This document shows, piece by piece, positions 24,771 to 37,420 of a stretch of DNA of 53,702 nt. The stretch comes from Prorocentrum cordatum (Eukaryota). Made by a program: the position numbers and the translations under genes. The stretch covers positions 62,001 through 115,702 of the forward strand of contig CAUYUJ010000296.1 of assembly GCA_963575745.1 (NCBI GenBank), given 5' to 3'. The notes beneath the pieces were generated by a model. That model was not told the DNA's origin. It ran no database searches and worked only from the letters and a program-made list of their open reading frames with translations. Each line of letters begins with the position of its first letter. Positions within the stretch are counted from its first letter, which is position 1.

Positions 24771-25930
24771 CGCCCTGCCTCTCTCTGTGCGGCTCTCCTC
24801 GTGCGAGGTACCGACCTGTGCGGCAAAGGGTGGGCCTGAACGGTGTTCTGGCGACTTCGTGGGCCATCTACGTGCGCCCTGCCTCTCTCTCCGTGCGGCT
24901 CTCCTCGTGCGAGGTATCGACCTGTGCGGCAAAGGGTGGGCCCAAGCGGTGTCTTTTGGCGACTTCGTGGGCCATCTTCGTGCGCCCTGCCTCTCTCTCT
25001 CTGCGGCTCTCCTCGCGCGAGGTATCGACCTGTGCGGCAGGGGGTGGGCCTGAACGGTGCTTTGGGCGATTTCGATTGCGTTTTGCGCGCGGCTCTCTTC
25101 GCGCCCTGCCTCTCTCTGTGCGGCTCTCCTCGTGCGAGATATCGACCTGTGCGGCAAAGGGTGGGCCTGAACGGTGCTTTGGGCGATTTCGATTGCGTTT
25201 TGCGCGCGGCTCTCTTCGCGCCCTGCCTCTCTCTGTGCGGCTCTCCTCGTGCGAGATATCGACCTGTGCGGCAAAGGGTGGGCTCAAACCGTGTCTGGGC
25301 GATTTCGTGGGCCGTTTTCGTTTCGATTTCGTTTTGCGTTCAAGGCGGATTGAAGACAACACTGGGGAACACGAGAACGAGACACCACGACCGGAGCCGT
25401 GCGCCCTGCCTCTCTCCGTGCGGCTCTCCTCGTGCGAGATATCGACCTGTGCGGCAAAGGGTGGGCTCAAACCGTGTCTGGGCGATTTCGTGGGCCGTTT
25501 TCGTTTCGATTTCGTTTTGCGTTCAAGGCGGATTGAAGACAACACTGGGGAACACGAGAACGAGACACCACGACCGGAGCCGTGCGCCCTGCCTCTCTCC
25601 GTGCGGCTCTCCTCGTGCGAGATATCGACCTGTGCGGCAAAGGGTGGGCTCAAACCGTGTCTGGGCGATTTCGTGGGCCGTTTTCGTTTCGATTTCGTTT
25701 TGCGTTCAAGGCGGATTGAAGACAACACTGGGGAACACGAGAACGAGACACCACGACCGGAGCCGTGCGCCCTGCCTCTCTCCGTGCGGCTCTCCTCGTG
25801 CGAGATATCGACCTGTGCGGCAAAGGGTGGGCTCAAACCGTGTCTGGGCGATTTCGTGGGCCGTTTTCGTTTCGATTTCGTTTTGCGTTCAAGGCGGATT
25901 GAAGACAACACTGGGGAACACGAGAGCAAA
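24771..25930. repeat. Tandem array: 8 copies of a ~65-bp core with unit lengths about 104, 108, 119, 117, then 183 bp repeated
   Basis: Core cgccctgcctctctc.gtgcggctctcctcgtgcgag.tatcgacctgtgcggcaaagggtgggc starts at about 24771, 24875, 24983, 25102, 25219, 25402, 25585, 25768. Confidence 0.92.
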
Positions 25931-26112
25931 ACGAAAACGACAACCACCGTCTGGGTTCAGCCCTGCTGTGCGGGTGCCACGGCCCAAAGAGGGGCGAAGA
26001 CGCCCAGTGCGGAGACGCTGGACACCGCAGGGCCAGAAACTCAGGGGTGGAGCGAGGCGGGGGTCGGGCCCAGGCGGCTCCCAAGCACAGGTCGGCCAGA
26101 GGGGATCCCCAG

Positions 26113-26342
26113 AGGCCTCCTAGATGGAGTCCGAGTAGATGGGGTCGGAGGATCCCGCCGCATCGCCCATACATCGGCGATGCATCGACGATGCATCGGC
26201 GATGCATCGGCGATGCATCGACGACGTCGGCGAGGAGAAAATCGGGCCCCACATCGAGCCGCATCGCTGATGCATCGCAGATGCATCGGCGATGCGGCGC
26301 GATCCTCCAGACCCATCTACTCGGGCCCCATCTGGGAGGCCT
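26113..26342. mobile_element. MITE-like element, copy 2 of 23204-23419
   Basis: About 55-bp imperfect TIRs aggcctcctagatggagtccgagtagatgggg.. / ..cccatctactcgggccccatctgggaggcct. Confidence 0.7.
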
Positions 26343-28166
26343 AGAATCACAAAGGAGGACTGGCCGACCCCCGTGGGCGCTGACCCCCGCCACGTGTCCC
26401 GGGATCACCTCCAGCTGGCTCTCGGGCCGTAGCTCGGGTGCGGGGCGGCTCGCCTTGTGCGACTCTGGGGTATCCCCGGGACGCCGCCGACGAGGCGCAC
26501 ATGACAATGCCAAGCGCCCTGGGTGGGCCCCGACGTGGGCAACCACATGTGAGCGACGATCAACAACGGGCCTTACAAGAGATGGCGTAGCGGCCTTACG
26601 CGGTGGCTTACGCGGGCCGCCCGCGCGGCACGCAGCATTGGAGACGAGCGTGCTTACGCGTGACCTTACGCGGGCAGCTTACGCGCCAATGTCGGCGCAA
26701 ATGACCCCGTCTTTTCGCGTCGCTCATGAGAACCCTGCACCTGCGGCTCAGAATCTGAAGGATGCCTGCAGCCGAGTGAACCCAAGCGGGGGTGTCCGAT
26801 ACCCCGGCGCCGACTGGATCCGCAGGGGTAGAGATCGAGAGCGGTCGAAGACGACACCCACCAAGAACTCCCGAAGTCCCGACCACGCTTGGGCCCGGAC
26901 CCCCGCTTTGGCACGAAGGAGCCAGGTCCTGAGGGAGGAGCGGGTCCTGGACCCTGGCACCCGTCCCCGCAGGACCAGCTCTTCAGCCCGAGTCGGGTCT
27001 TGATGGATGCGCGGTAAGGGTGCGTGCCCCTTGGACGCCTAAGTTGAAGTTCTTTGAGCTAAGGGTTGCCTGAGGATCGGCCGAATAGGCAAGGATCCAA
27101 AGATACCCTTGGGAATGCCACTCTACCTTACCATGCGAACTGACTCTAGCGTGTCGCCGGAACCTTCGCCGCGACACGCTGAGCAACAGTTCCCGACCGT
27201 ACGTCCCTCCCACGACGAGCCCCTGCGACCTTCAGAAGCAGGATGGGGAGGGTGCGGAGGAGAGAAGATCAGTGCAAACCCACGACTCATCAACGATGTT
27301 GGAATCTACTCTCCCTCCAAGCTCCCTCTTCATAGGCCCTTGCAAGGGTTCATTTCCACTGAAGGAAATGCCCCGTTGGGAGACAGCTGTTTGAAGATCC
27401 TGAAGCGTGCCAAAAGACCATTCTCATGACTTCAGCGCCACGAATCAACCTGACTGTTGCGTCTTGGCGATCCTGAATGGTGCCAGAACATCATTCCCGG
27501 GGCTTCGACACCGCGAATCAACGTAACTGTTGCGAACTGACAGTCCTGAATCGTTCCGCAACGCCATTCCTGGTACGTTAGCCATGAGAACCAATAAACC
27601 TTGTGCAATTTTTTAAAACGAATGCGCGCGGAGCTCGGGCGAGAACCACATGTTGAAACATAACCGCTTTTAATCCGTAAAACTTTTGCAAATACTTCAA
27701 CGAATGCGCGCGGCGCTGAGGCGAGAGCTACATTTTGGAAGCGACCCGCCCTCCATCTGTGAAACTGTTGTCAATTTGAATGAGGCTCATAGCTTGTAAA
27801 GGAAGCTCGAGCGAAACGGCCGGCCCGCCCTTCCGACTGGCCTCGGGGTGTGACAGGAAGGAGTTATTCAGAAGGAAAGGAATGGAGAGATGCGAAGGAG
27901 GAGGGAGGGGGAGAGAGGGGGAGGAGGAGGAGGAGGAGGAGGAGGAGGAGGAGGAGGAGGAGGAGGAGGAGGAGGAGGAGGAGAGGAGGAGGAGGAGGAG
28001 GGGCAGGAGGAGGAGGAGGAGGAGGAAGAGGAGGAGGAGGAGGAGGAGGAGGAGGAGGGGGAGGAGGAGGAGGAGGAGGAGAAGGAGGAGGAGGGGGAGG
28101 AGGAGGAGGAGGAGGAGGAGGAGCAGGGAGGAAGGGAGGAGGAGCCAACGGCGAAGCCCGGGCGGC

Positions 28167-28268
28167 CTTCAGCCGCCGGCCCTCGGGCAAGCGGATCTGC
28201 AAGAGCACCCGGCCGGCCTCGCTCGGCGCGGGCTCCTCCCGCAACCTGCCGCGCGCGTCGGCCACCGC
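28167..28268 (-). CDS. UBX-domain protein, exon D (AVADARGRLREEPAPSEAGRVLLQIRLPEGRRLK)
   Basis: gag|GCG acceptor, AAG|gc donor, 102 nt; L-x-EEP..QIRLPxG-x-RL is the typical UBX domain start. Confidence 0.82.
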
Positions 28269-29632
28269 CTCGCGTCGCGGGGCGCCGCGCCGTCGATCGA
28301 TCGATCGGTCGAGCTACAGCCAACCCGTATCATTAGGAAGCGCGATAAGGACACTCTGCTCTGCGAGGGGCCATGTCGACACTCTGCTCTGCGAGGGGGG
28401 GCGTGGCCAGCGAGAGCGGCCAAACGAACGAGCGAACGAACGAACGACCACTGGTACGGACAGCTGTCCAGGCCTCGTGATACCAGTTGAGTGAGGCCGT
28501 AACCTCATCACACACTGTAGTGTGTGATAAAGCATGCACGCGAGACATATAAAAAGTTGAATGTGGCGGAGGAGGAGGAGGAGGAGGAGGAGGAGGAGGA
28601 GGAGGAGGAGGAGGAGGAGGAGGAGGAGGAGGAGGTGGATTCCTTGCTGTCGATGCCGTCGTGTGTTGGTGGTGCCACGTCGCTGGGTGGAGTCAACGTC
28701 GGTAGATGGGCCGAAGGGGAAGGATGCAAGGGTAACCCTCGAAAAATGCTCATTCTTACTATGCGGGTTGACTCTTCTTGCGAAGCAATAAAAGCAGGCC
28801 CCCCCGACGCATCGAGAACGAGATGCGAGGAGGAGGGGGAGGGGGAGGAGGGGGAGGGGGAGGGGGAGGGGGAGGAGGAGAGGAGGAGGAGGAGGAGGAG
28901 AGCGGAGGAGGAGGAGGAGGACGGAGGAGGAGGAGGAGGAGGAGGAGGAGGAGAGGAGGAGGAGGAGAGGAGGAGGAGGAGGAGGAGGAGAGGAGGAGGA
29001 GGAGGAGGAGGAGGAGGAGGAGGAGGAGGAGGAGGAGGAGGAGAGGAGGAGGCGGAGGAGGAGGAGGAGGAGGAGGAGGAGAGGAGGAGGAGGAGGAGGA
29101 GGAGGAGGAGGAGGAGGAGGAGGGAGGAGGAGGAGGAGGAGGAGGAGGAGGAGGAGGAGGAGGAGGACGAGGAGGAGGAGGAGGAGGAGGAGGAAGAGGA
29201 GGAGGAGGAGGAGGAGGAGGAGGAGGAGGAGGAGGAGGGGGAGGACCTGGTCCCTGCGTCTTGGGCCTGCCAGGCATAACAAGGGTCCTCACTGCAGAGC
29301 TGGCGGAAAGGGGGGCTCCGTGGAGCCTGCCGCCCGAGCCCCCCCCCACCTCCAGGCCCTCCCGAACCCCGCGCCCGCCCGAGCGCGGTGGCGGCATCGC
29401 GCGGCAGCGCCCCTGGATCGGCAGAGCTCACAGATCCCGGACTCCCTGGCGTCGTGAAAAAATCGTGGTGCATCGCTTTTGTTGCCACTCTCGGCCTCTC
29501 TGGGCCCCCGCCGGGCCTTTTGACAGTCAGCAACCTGCTCCGGATGAGAAGCTGGCTGGCCCCAGGGAATGGGTCGAGACCTTCGGGGGACCCCGCATTC
29601 AACAAATCAAGGCGTCGGATGTCTGGGGTTCG

Positions 29633-29782
29633 GTCGGGCATGTCCTCCTACAGGCGGATCTGGAGGAACAATCAAAAATAGTAAACAAACATCCCAAATA
29701 GTGAATTGAGCACGAAGAATTATCCCCAGACTATCTTTTTAACCATTCTGGAATATTCCTCCTGTAGAGGGACATGCCCGAC
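29633..29782. mobile_element. 150-bp MITE-like element, copy 2 of 5885-6034
   Basis: TIRs gtcgggcatgtcctcctacagg / cctgtagagggacatgcccgac; same length as copy 1. Confidence 0.72.
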
Positions 29783-30319
29783 TTAAGTGTGGCGCATTCA
29801 CAAATCTCCGACGATGTGGTTTTGTCAGCCGCCGCTTTTCCTTCGACTTTGGCACCCGGGGGCCCTTCGTCGGGCCCCAGGACCAGCAAACATGGCCCCG
29901 GGACGAAGAACTGCTCCCAGGGAAAAATAACAACATATAGTCGGATTTATTTCCTATTGTGTTTTGTTTTCAAGCGTTCATGTTCACACTGGTCGGACGG
30001 GTTGTGTTCTGTTTTAAAGCGTTATGTTCATGATTCATGGGTGTTCATGTTCAGACCAGAGGGGGAAGGGGAGGAGGAGAAGGAGGAGGAGGAGGAGGGG
30101 GAGGGAGGGGGAGGAGAGGAGGGAGGAGAGGAGGGAGGAAGGGAGGAGGAGGAGGAGGAGGAGGAGGAGGAGGAGGAGGAGGAGGAGGAGGAGGAGGAGA
30201 GGAGGAGGAGGAGGAGGAGGAGGAGGATGAGGGAGGAGGAGGAGGGAGGAGGAGGGAGGAGGGAGGGGGGAGGACGAGCGAGGGGCACGCCAGCGGCAGC
30301 CCAAGGGCGCCCCGTCCGC

Positions 30320-30416
30320 CTCCGTGGCCTTGGCCTGCCGGCGCTCCGCCTCGGCGGCGGCCTCCGCCTCCTTCTGCGCCTGCTCCCTCCGGATGGCCTC
30401 CTGCTCCTCGGCCTCC
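30320..30416 (-). CDS. UBX-domain protein, exon C (coiled coil, EAEEQEAIRREQAQKEAEAAAEAERRQAKATE)
   Basis: cccag|G acceptor completes the phase-2 AG+G (Arg) codon from exon B; GC donor after 30320 (alternative after 30329, also in frame). Confidence 0.72.
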
Positions 30417-31143
30417 CTGGGGGAGTCGGGGGCGCCGTGGGGGCGCCGCGGGCGGGGTGGGGTGGGGGCAGCGAGGAGGCTGGAAGGGAGAGCAGCTCCT
30501 CCCGAATTACTCCCTCCTCGTCCCCATCCCTCCTCCTCCTCCTCCTCCTCCTCCTCCTTCTCCGCCTCGTTCCTCCTCGTTCCTCTCCTCCTCCTCCTCC
30601 TCCTCCTCCTCCTCCCTCTTTCCCCCTCCTCATCCTCCTTTCTCTTTCTACTCATCCTCCTCCCGCTCTGCCTCATTCTCCTCCTCCTCCTCCTCCTCCT
30701 CCTGTGTCTCCTCCTCCTCTCCTCCTTCTTCTTCTCCCTCCTCCTCCTCCTCCTCTTCTCCTCCTCCCTCCTCTTCCTCCTCCTCCTCCTCCTCCTCTCC
30801 TTTTCCCTTCCTCCCTCCTCCTCCTCGTGCGTCTCCTCCTGATCCTCCTTCTTCTTCTCCTCCTCCTCCTCGTCCCGCTTCTTCCTCCTACCAGGGGCAG
30901 CGAGAAGGCGGGAAGGGATGGCAGAGGGGAGGGGGTCGGGTGGGGGGAAAGGACGGGGGGGGGATTTGGAGTGGTGCTTTCCAACACAGGAGCGGTGCTG
31001 GAGGTGGAGATGGGGGTGGAGGAGCTGGCGGCAGAGTGAGAGGAACCTCTCTCTGTCTCTGCCTGTCTGTCTCATCACTCTCTTTTTATACATCCATGGA
31101 TGTGTATATCTCACATGTATATATTACACATGTAAGAGCGCGC

Positions 31144-31218
<75 letters not shown>

Positions 31219-32076
31219 TACGTGTGTGTGTGCATGTTTGCCTGCATCATTGTACACCTGTTCTGACACGCACAAGCATCTACCCATACACCTGTTCACA
31301 TGTGTATGAATATACCCATAAACGTATACGCCCCCCCCCACGCGTACACACATCCATACATACATAACAACACATATATATATATATACACATGCACATA
31401 CATACGTACAAACATACATACATACATACATACATTCCATTCCATTCCATTCCATTCCATTCCATTCCGTTCCGTTCCATTCCATTCCATTCCATTGCAT
31501 GCATACATACATGCACACATCATAATCAGGAGGCCGAGCGGTCATTCATTGTCCCTGGGTGCGTGGCTCTAGTGGTGATCCGTGGTGCAGATTCTGCTTG
31601 TTGCGTTGAACTCTCACTACTGAAGAATAATTATTGTTGATCCCCCCTCCGGTGAATATTGTATTTTTCAATTGAAGTGCCCCTCCCAGCGCTCGCACCC
31701 GGTTTTTTTATCATGGAACATCTTGAAGCTCAAACTGTGCCCCCGGCCCCCGGGTTACAACAACAACGGCTCCCACCTGAGACTTCCTCACAATTTAGCC
31801 AGGACCCCCGCTCCTGCATGAGACTTCCTCGCTATCCTCGCTATTAATTCAGGGATCGTGCTCTCGCTTGGGACTTCCTTACAATTTATTCAGGAATCGC
31901 TCTCTCGGCGCTCTGGAACCGCGCTCTCGCTGACGACTTGCTTGCAAGTTACTCAAGAATAGCGTTGCGTTGGAATTTCCCGCAATATGCTCAAGCGCCG
32001 CGCTCCCGACACTCAGGCACCCAGGACTCGCGCTCACGCTGAGGACTCCCTCACAAATTATCTAGTAATCGGGATC

Positions 32077-32885
32077 TCGCTGCCCTTCGTGGCCCCGTTG
32101 CAGCCCTTCGTGGCCCCATGTGCATGCCCTTCGTGGCCCCGCTGTCGCCCTTCGTGGCCCCCTCGCTGCCCTGGCCCCGTTGCAGCCCTTCGTAGCCCCC
32201 TCGCTGTCCTACGTGGCCCATTTGCTACCCCTCGTGGTCCCCTCGATGCCCTTCATGGCCCCACTGCAGCCCTTCGTGGCCCCCTCGCTGCCCTTTGCGG
32301 CCCCGTTGCACCCCGTCGTGGCCCCCTCGCTGCCCTTCGTGGCCCCGCTGCAGCCCTTCGCGGCCCCCTCGCTGCCCTCCGTGGCCCCGTTGCAGCCTCT
32401 CGTGGCCCCCTCGTTGCCCTTCGTGGCCCCGTTGCAGCCCTTCGTGGCCCCCTCGCTGCCCTTCGTGGCCCCGTTGCAACCCTTCGTGGCCCCCGCTCGT
32501 TCGCGCCCGTCGTGGCCCCATATGCATGCCATTCGTGGCCCCGCTGCTGTCACCCTTTGTGGCCCCCTCGCTGCCCTTCGAGGCCCCGTTGCAGCCGTCA
32601 GTGGCCCCGTCCATATGCCCTTCGTGCCCCCCGCTCGTTCGCGCCCGTCGTGGCCCCACGTGCATGCCCTTCGTGGCCCCGCTGTCGCCCTTCGTGGCCC
32701 CCTCGCTGTCCTACGTGGCCCATTTGCTACCCTTAGGGGGCCCGTCGCTGCCTTCTGTGACCACGCATTATCTGCCTTTCGTGGCCGCCGCTCGTTCGCT
32801 CTCTTCGTGGCCCAATACGCATTCCCTTCGTGTCCCCACTGTCGCCCTTCGTGGCCTGCTTCGTGCCTTCGTGGCCCTGCTGTCG
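32077..32885. repeat. GC-rich ~21-bp minisatellite (cccttcgtggcccc + gttgcag/ctcgctg)
   Basis: Direct reading; PFVAPLQ/PFVAPSL periodic translation. Confidence 0.93.
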
Positions 32886-33261
32886 TTCTCTCTCTCTCGC
32901 TCTCGCTGTCGCTCGTCGTCGTCGTCGTTTTCGTCGCCGTCGTCGTCGTCGACGTCGTCGTCGTCGACGTCGTCGTCGTCGTGGTCGGTCCCCTGTCCGT
33001 CCCTCTTGGGGTCGGGTTGCCGCCGATCAGCGCTGCCGCTGGCAAGGCCGACGGTCCGCGGCCGTTCCGCCGCTTGCCGGGGCCCTGCACGGAAGAAACA
33101 TATAATTACCCCCCAAAAGGGGTACGATCGAAGACGAAGAAGGCGGGTATCGAGGGTTTGGGGAATACGCGTCAACGGACACTCGAGCAGATAAGAGCGA
33201 GCAATCTTAAAATGATTGTTGTTATGGTTGTTGTTGCTATTGCTGTTGCTGTTGCTGTTGC

Positions 33262-33314
<53 letters not shown>

Positions 33315-33329
33315 GTTGTCGTCGTCCCC

Positions 33330-33715
33330 CTGCGACCCACCCCGCGACCCACCCGCGACCCAACCCGCGACCCACCCCGCGACCCACCCCGCGACCCACC
33401 CCGCAACCCAGCCCGCGACCCACCCGCGACCCACCCGCGACCCACCCCGTGACCCGCCCGCGACCCACCCGCGACCCACCCTGCGACCCACCTCGCGACC
33501 CACCCGCGACCCACCCCGCGACCCACCCCGCGACCCACCCCGCAACCCACTCCGCGACCCACCCCGCGACCCACCCGCGGCCCACCCGCGACCCACCCCG
33601 CGACCCACCCGCGACCCATCCGCGACCCACCCGCGACCCGCCCGTGACCCACACGCGACCCGGCCCGCGACCCATCCGCGACCCGCCCGCGATCCACCCG
33701 CGACCCACCCCGCGA
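33330..33715. repeat. 11-12-bp minisatellite (cccacccgcga)
   Basis: Direct reading. Confidence 0.93.
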
Positions 33716-33814
33716 TCAACCCACATTGCTGAACGAAAAAATCGGCGCCTGCGGCGGGCTCAATGCATAATTTGTTAAAAACAGTGGATGATTTGAAAGT
33801 AAATACTATGGATA

Positions 33815-34170
33815 TTGAGATCGATTGTGAGATCGATCATGAGATCGATAGTGGAATCGATAGTGCGGACGATTGTAAGGTCGATCGTGAGACCGAGAGT
33901 GAAATCGATTCAATGAGATCGATAGTGAGATCGATCGCGAGATCGCTCATGCGATCTCTAGTGAGATCGCTTGTGAGATCGATACTGAGATCGATTGTGA
34001 GATCGATGGTGAGATCGATAGAGAAATGGGTAATGAGATCGATGGTGAGACCGATCGATAAAAAGATCGACCAAGAACCCGGGACCCCGGGAATTTTGCT
34101 GCCGTCCGAAATCGGCCCGGAACCCGGAACCGGGAACTCGGGAACCCGGAACCGGGAACCCCGGAACCCA
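33815..34170. repeat. 12-bp gagatcgat-based repeat followed by ccgggaac repeats; a similar degenerate GATC-rich block lies at about 620-850
   Basis: Direct reading. Confidence 0.8.
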
Positions 34171-34376
34171 GCGTGCGACCAAAATCGGCGGGAAACTTTC
34201 GCCAAGTCCTTCAACTTCTGCGAGGACCCCTTCAGTGCAATCACTGATTGGGGAATTAGGCGCCTGCGGCGGGCTTCTTCAGAGCCTCGCAGACTGACGA
34301 CGTCCTCGCCGTCCCTCACTCTTATCCGCAACTGCGGGGTGCTACGTACATGCATGTATACATGCGCATATACATA

Positions 34377-34455
<79 letters not shown>

Positions 34456-35229
34456 TGTATGTATGCATGCATGCATGCATGCATGTAGGTAGGTAGGTAG
34501 GTAGGTAGGTATGTATGTAGGTATGTATGTATATGTGTGTATATATATATATATGTATATGTCTATCTATACATCGAGGGCGCCAAGGGCTCCAAGATGC
34601 TGCTCCGAGAGGGCCCCGAAGGGCGGAACGATCGGTCCAAGTCGCCCGAGATGGCCTCCCGTCGGCCGAAACCTGGTCCAAGACGTCCCAAGAGGCCTCC
34701 ACGAGCGAGGGCCCCGAGATGTCAGAACATTTTTTTGTGTTAAAAAACATCACCGAATTTTTGTTTTTAAATGTAAACCTGTGTTCAGGGTTCTCTACTT
34801 CTCGAGCTTCCCGGCGCTCCAACACGTCCCAAGAGGACCCCACGACCGCCCCAGGATAGCCTCAGAGGCCCCCAAGAGGGCCCGAAGACGGCCCAAGAGG
34901 CGACCGAAACGGCCAAAGAGGGCCCCCATACGTCCCAAGAGGGAAAACAGGGCTGATGAGTGCTGCGGCGTGTATGTGTGTGTATATACATATATGTATA
35001 TATATACATATATGTATATCTCTCTATATGTATATATGTATATATGTATGTATGTATGTATGCATGTATGTATGTATGTATGTATGTATGTATGTATGTA
35101 TGTATGTATGTATGTATGTATGTATATGTGTGTGTGTGTGTGTGTTGGAGACGTAGGCTGTGGAGTCCTGGGTGTGATGTTGGAGATGGAAGCTTTGGAG
35201 TAATGGGGTTTCGAAATCTTGCAAGTGCT

Positions 35230-37020
35230 GCACAGCAGACGGGCACGTCTAGTACAAAGGATATGCTTTGACCCACTTGGGGAGGGACCTGGTCTAGCAG
35301 AAAGTGGTATACGGGAGAAGGGCATGTCCAGCAGCACGTATGTTTTTTGTTTTCCATCAGCTTGGGGAGGGGCCACGTCTACTAGCGGGCGGTGCACAGC
35401 AGGGAAGCTCGTCTAGTACGCAGTATGTTATTGAAACATGAGCTTGGGGGATCCTCGTCTAGCAGAGGGTGGTGCACACGTAGTACGAATCATGCTTCTT
35501 TAGATTGTATCCGCTCACGCGTAAGATCCGCCACCGTGTCGCTGGGCACGGAGTGGGCGTGTCCTCCGATCCTGGGCCCAGGCCTCGTAGCCCCAACCCT
35601 CACACCCGAGGGGTCTTTCAAAGCCCGGACCCCACGCCCCCATCTCTCCCGGGCTTGGCACCTGCCCCCCGGGGGCTTCCCGCGTGCTCCCTGGGCTCCG
35701 GGAAGTGGTGGGGCTCGCCCCCAAGACGCTCCAAGAGGGCCCCGAGTCGCCAACCATCGGCCCAAGACGCCAAGGATGGCCACCAGACGGCCCAATAGGC
35801 CTCCAAGGGGCAAAAATGCTAGATTTTCCTGGAGTTCTTGAAGGGTTTGGGCGTTTTTGCCTTTTCGGCTTTCCGACGCTTGAAGACGGCCCAAGAGGCT
35901 CCCAAAACCACCCCAAAAAGGGCCCACACGGCCCAAGAGGCGCCCAAGCAGGCCCAAGAGGGCTCCAAGGCGGCCCCAAAAGGGGCCCAAGAGATGGAAC
36001 GCACACGCGCCGAAAATCCGAGCCTTCCGCCCCAAGAGGCCCCCAGGAGGTCCCAAGAAGCACCAGGATGCCCCAAGAGGCCCCCAATAGGTGCCAAGAG
36101 GCAATAAGCCTAACAGAGGCACCCAAACGGCCCGCAAGAGGCGTACAAACTGTCTCAAAGAGGCCCCCGAGAGGCCTCCCACGATATCCCAACGAACATT
36201 GAATACGCTTCGTACCCAAAACCCAGGCCGGGTGGCGGGATGGGCCGAAGGCCATTCGACATTGTGGAGGGGCCCCGTCTGCCAAGGATGACGCGCAACA
36301 CAGGGGTACGTGCAGTACCAAGGGTGCTTTTTGAATCAACTTGGGGAGGGGGCTCGTCTAGCAGCGGGTGGTGCACAGCTAAGGGGCGCGTCTAATATCA
36401 CGGATGCGTGTTCGAATCAATTTTGGGAGGGACCTCGTCTAGTAGCGGGAGGTACACAGCAGAGAGGCACGTCGAGTACCAATCATGATTTTTGGTAAAC
36501 AACAACTTGGGAAGGGCCTCGTTTAGCAGAGGGTGGTGAGCAACATAGAGGCACCTCTGATACTGAGGATGTATTTGTTTATCCGCTCTTGGAAGCGCCT
36601 CGTCGGAGTTTTCGGGTTATTGAGGGGAGGGATGTCGGTACTGCTGGTTGTGCACATCCCTCCGCTAGACAAGGCCCATTCCGGAAATGATTGAACAAGT
36701 ACTTGGGGAGGGGCCTCGTCTAGCAGAGGGTGTTGCGCTGCAACGGTGCACGTCTTGTATCAAGGATTCCTTTTTTAAATCAGCTATGGAGGGCGCCTCG
36801 CCTAGCAGAGAATGATGCATAGCAGAGGGACACGTCTAATACCAAGGATGCTTGTGTGATCAGCTCGGGGCGGGACCTCGTCTAGTAGCTGGCGGTACAC
36901 AGCAGAGTTACACAGCAGAGTGGCACATCTAGTGCCCAGGATGATTTATCTTATCAACTTCGGGAGGGGCCTCGTCTAGCAGAGGGTGGTTCACAGAAGG
37001 GGGAAACGTTCAGTACAATT
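35230..37020. repeat. Diverged ~80-bp tandem repeat (cttggggaggggcctcgtctagcagagggtggt...cacgtctagtac) interrupted at about 35503-36260 by another repeat
   Basis: Recurring ctcgtctagcag and cacgtctagta words at about 80-bp period on both sides of the interruption. Confidence 0.8.
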
Positions 37021-37149
37021 TTTTTACCAATCATCCTGTGGTGATGGGTCCTCGTTTTGAAGAGACAGCGCCTCGGGTCCCACTCACTCCTCCTCTTCCC
37101 CCTCCTCCCTCTTCACATCCATGGCTCTGCCCTCCGCACCAGTCAACCA

Positions 37150-37420
37150 TGTTAGTACATCCCTCACACGTTTCGTGGCCCCATAGGGAGCTCCACCGAA
37201 GCCCCAGTGGCGGTGTTCGCGTGCGTCCCCGCACCCGATCCTGGACACCTATCACACGTTTCGTGGCCCCATATGGGGGCTCCACCGAAGGCCTCAGAGG
37301 CGGTGTTCGCAGTCCCCGCACCCGAGTCGGGACACCCTCACACGTTTCGTGACGCAATAGGGAGCTCCACCGAAGGCCCCAATGGCGGTATTCGCATGCG
37401 TCCCCGCACCCGACTCGGGA
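37150..37420. repeat. Three tandem copies of a ~87-bp unit (cacacgtttcgtggccccatagggagctccaccgaagg...)
   Basis: Direct reading. Confidence 0.8.

Noticed and set aside
24771..25930. CRISPR-like repeat-spacer appearance and the 616-aa ORF
   Set aside because: The spacers are themselves duplicated, the repeat is too long, there are no cas genes and the context is eukaryotic; the ORF reflects a stop-free tandem unit
32077..33778. 552-aa repetitive ORF
   Set aside because: Concatenated minisatellites and microsatellites
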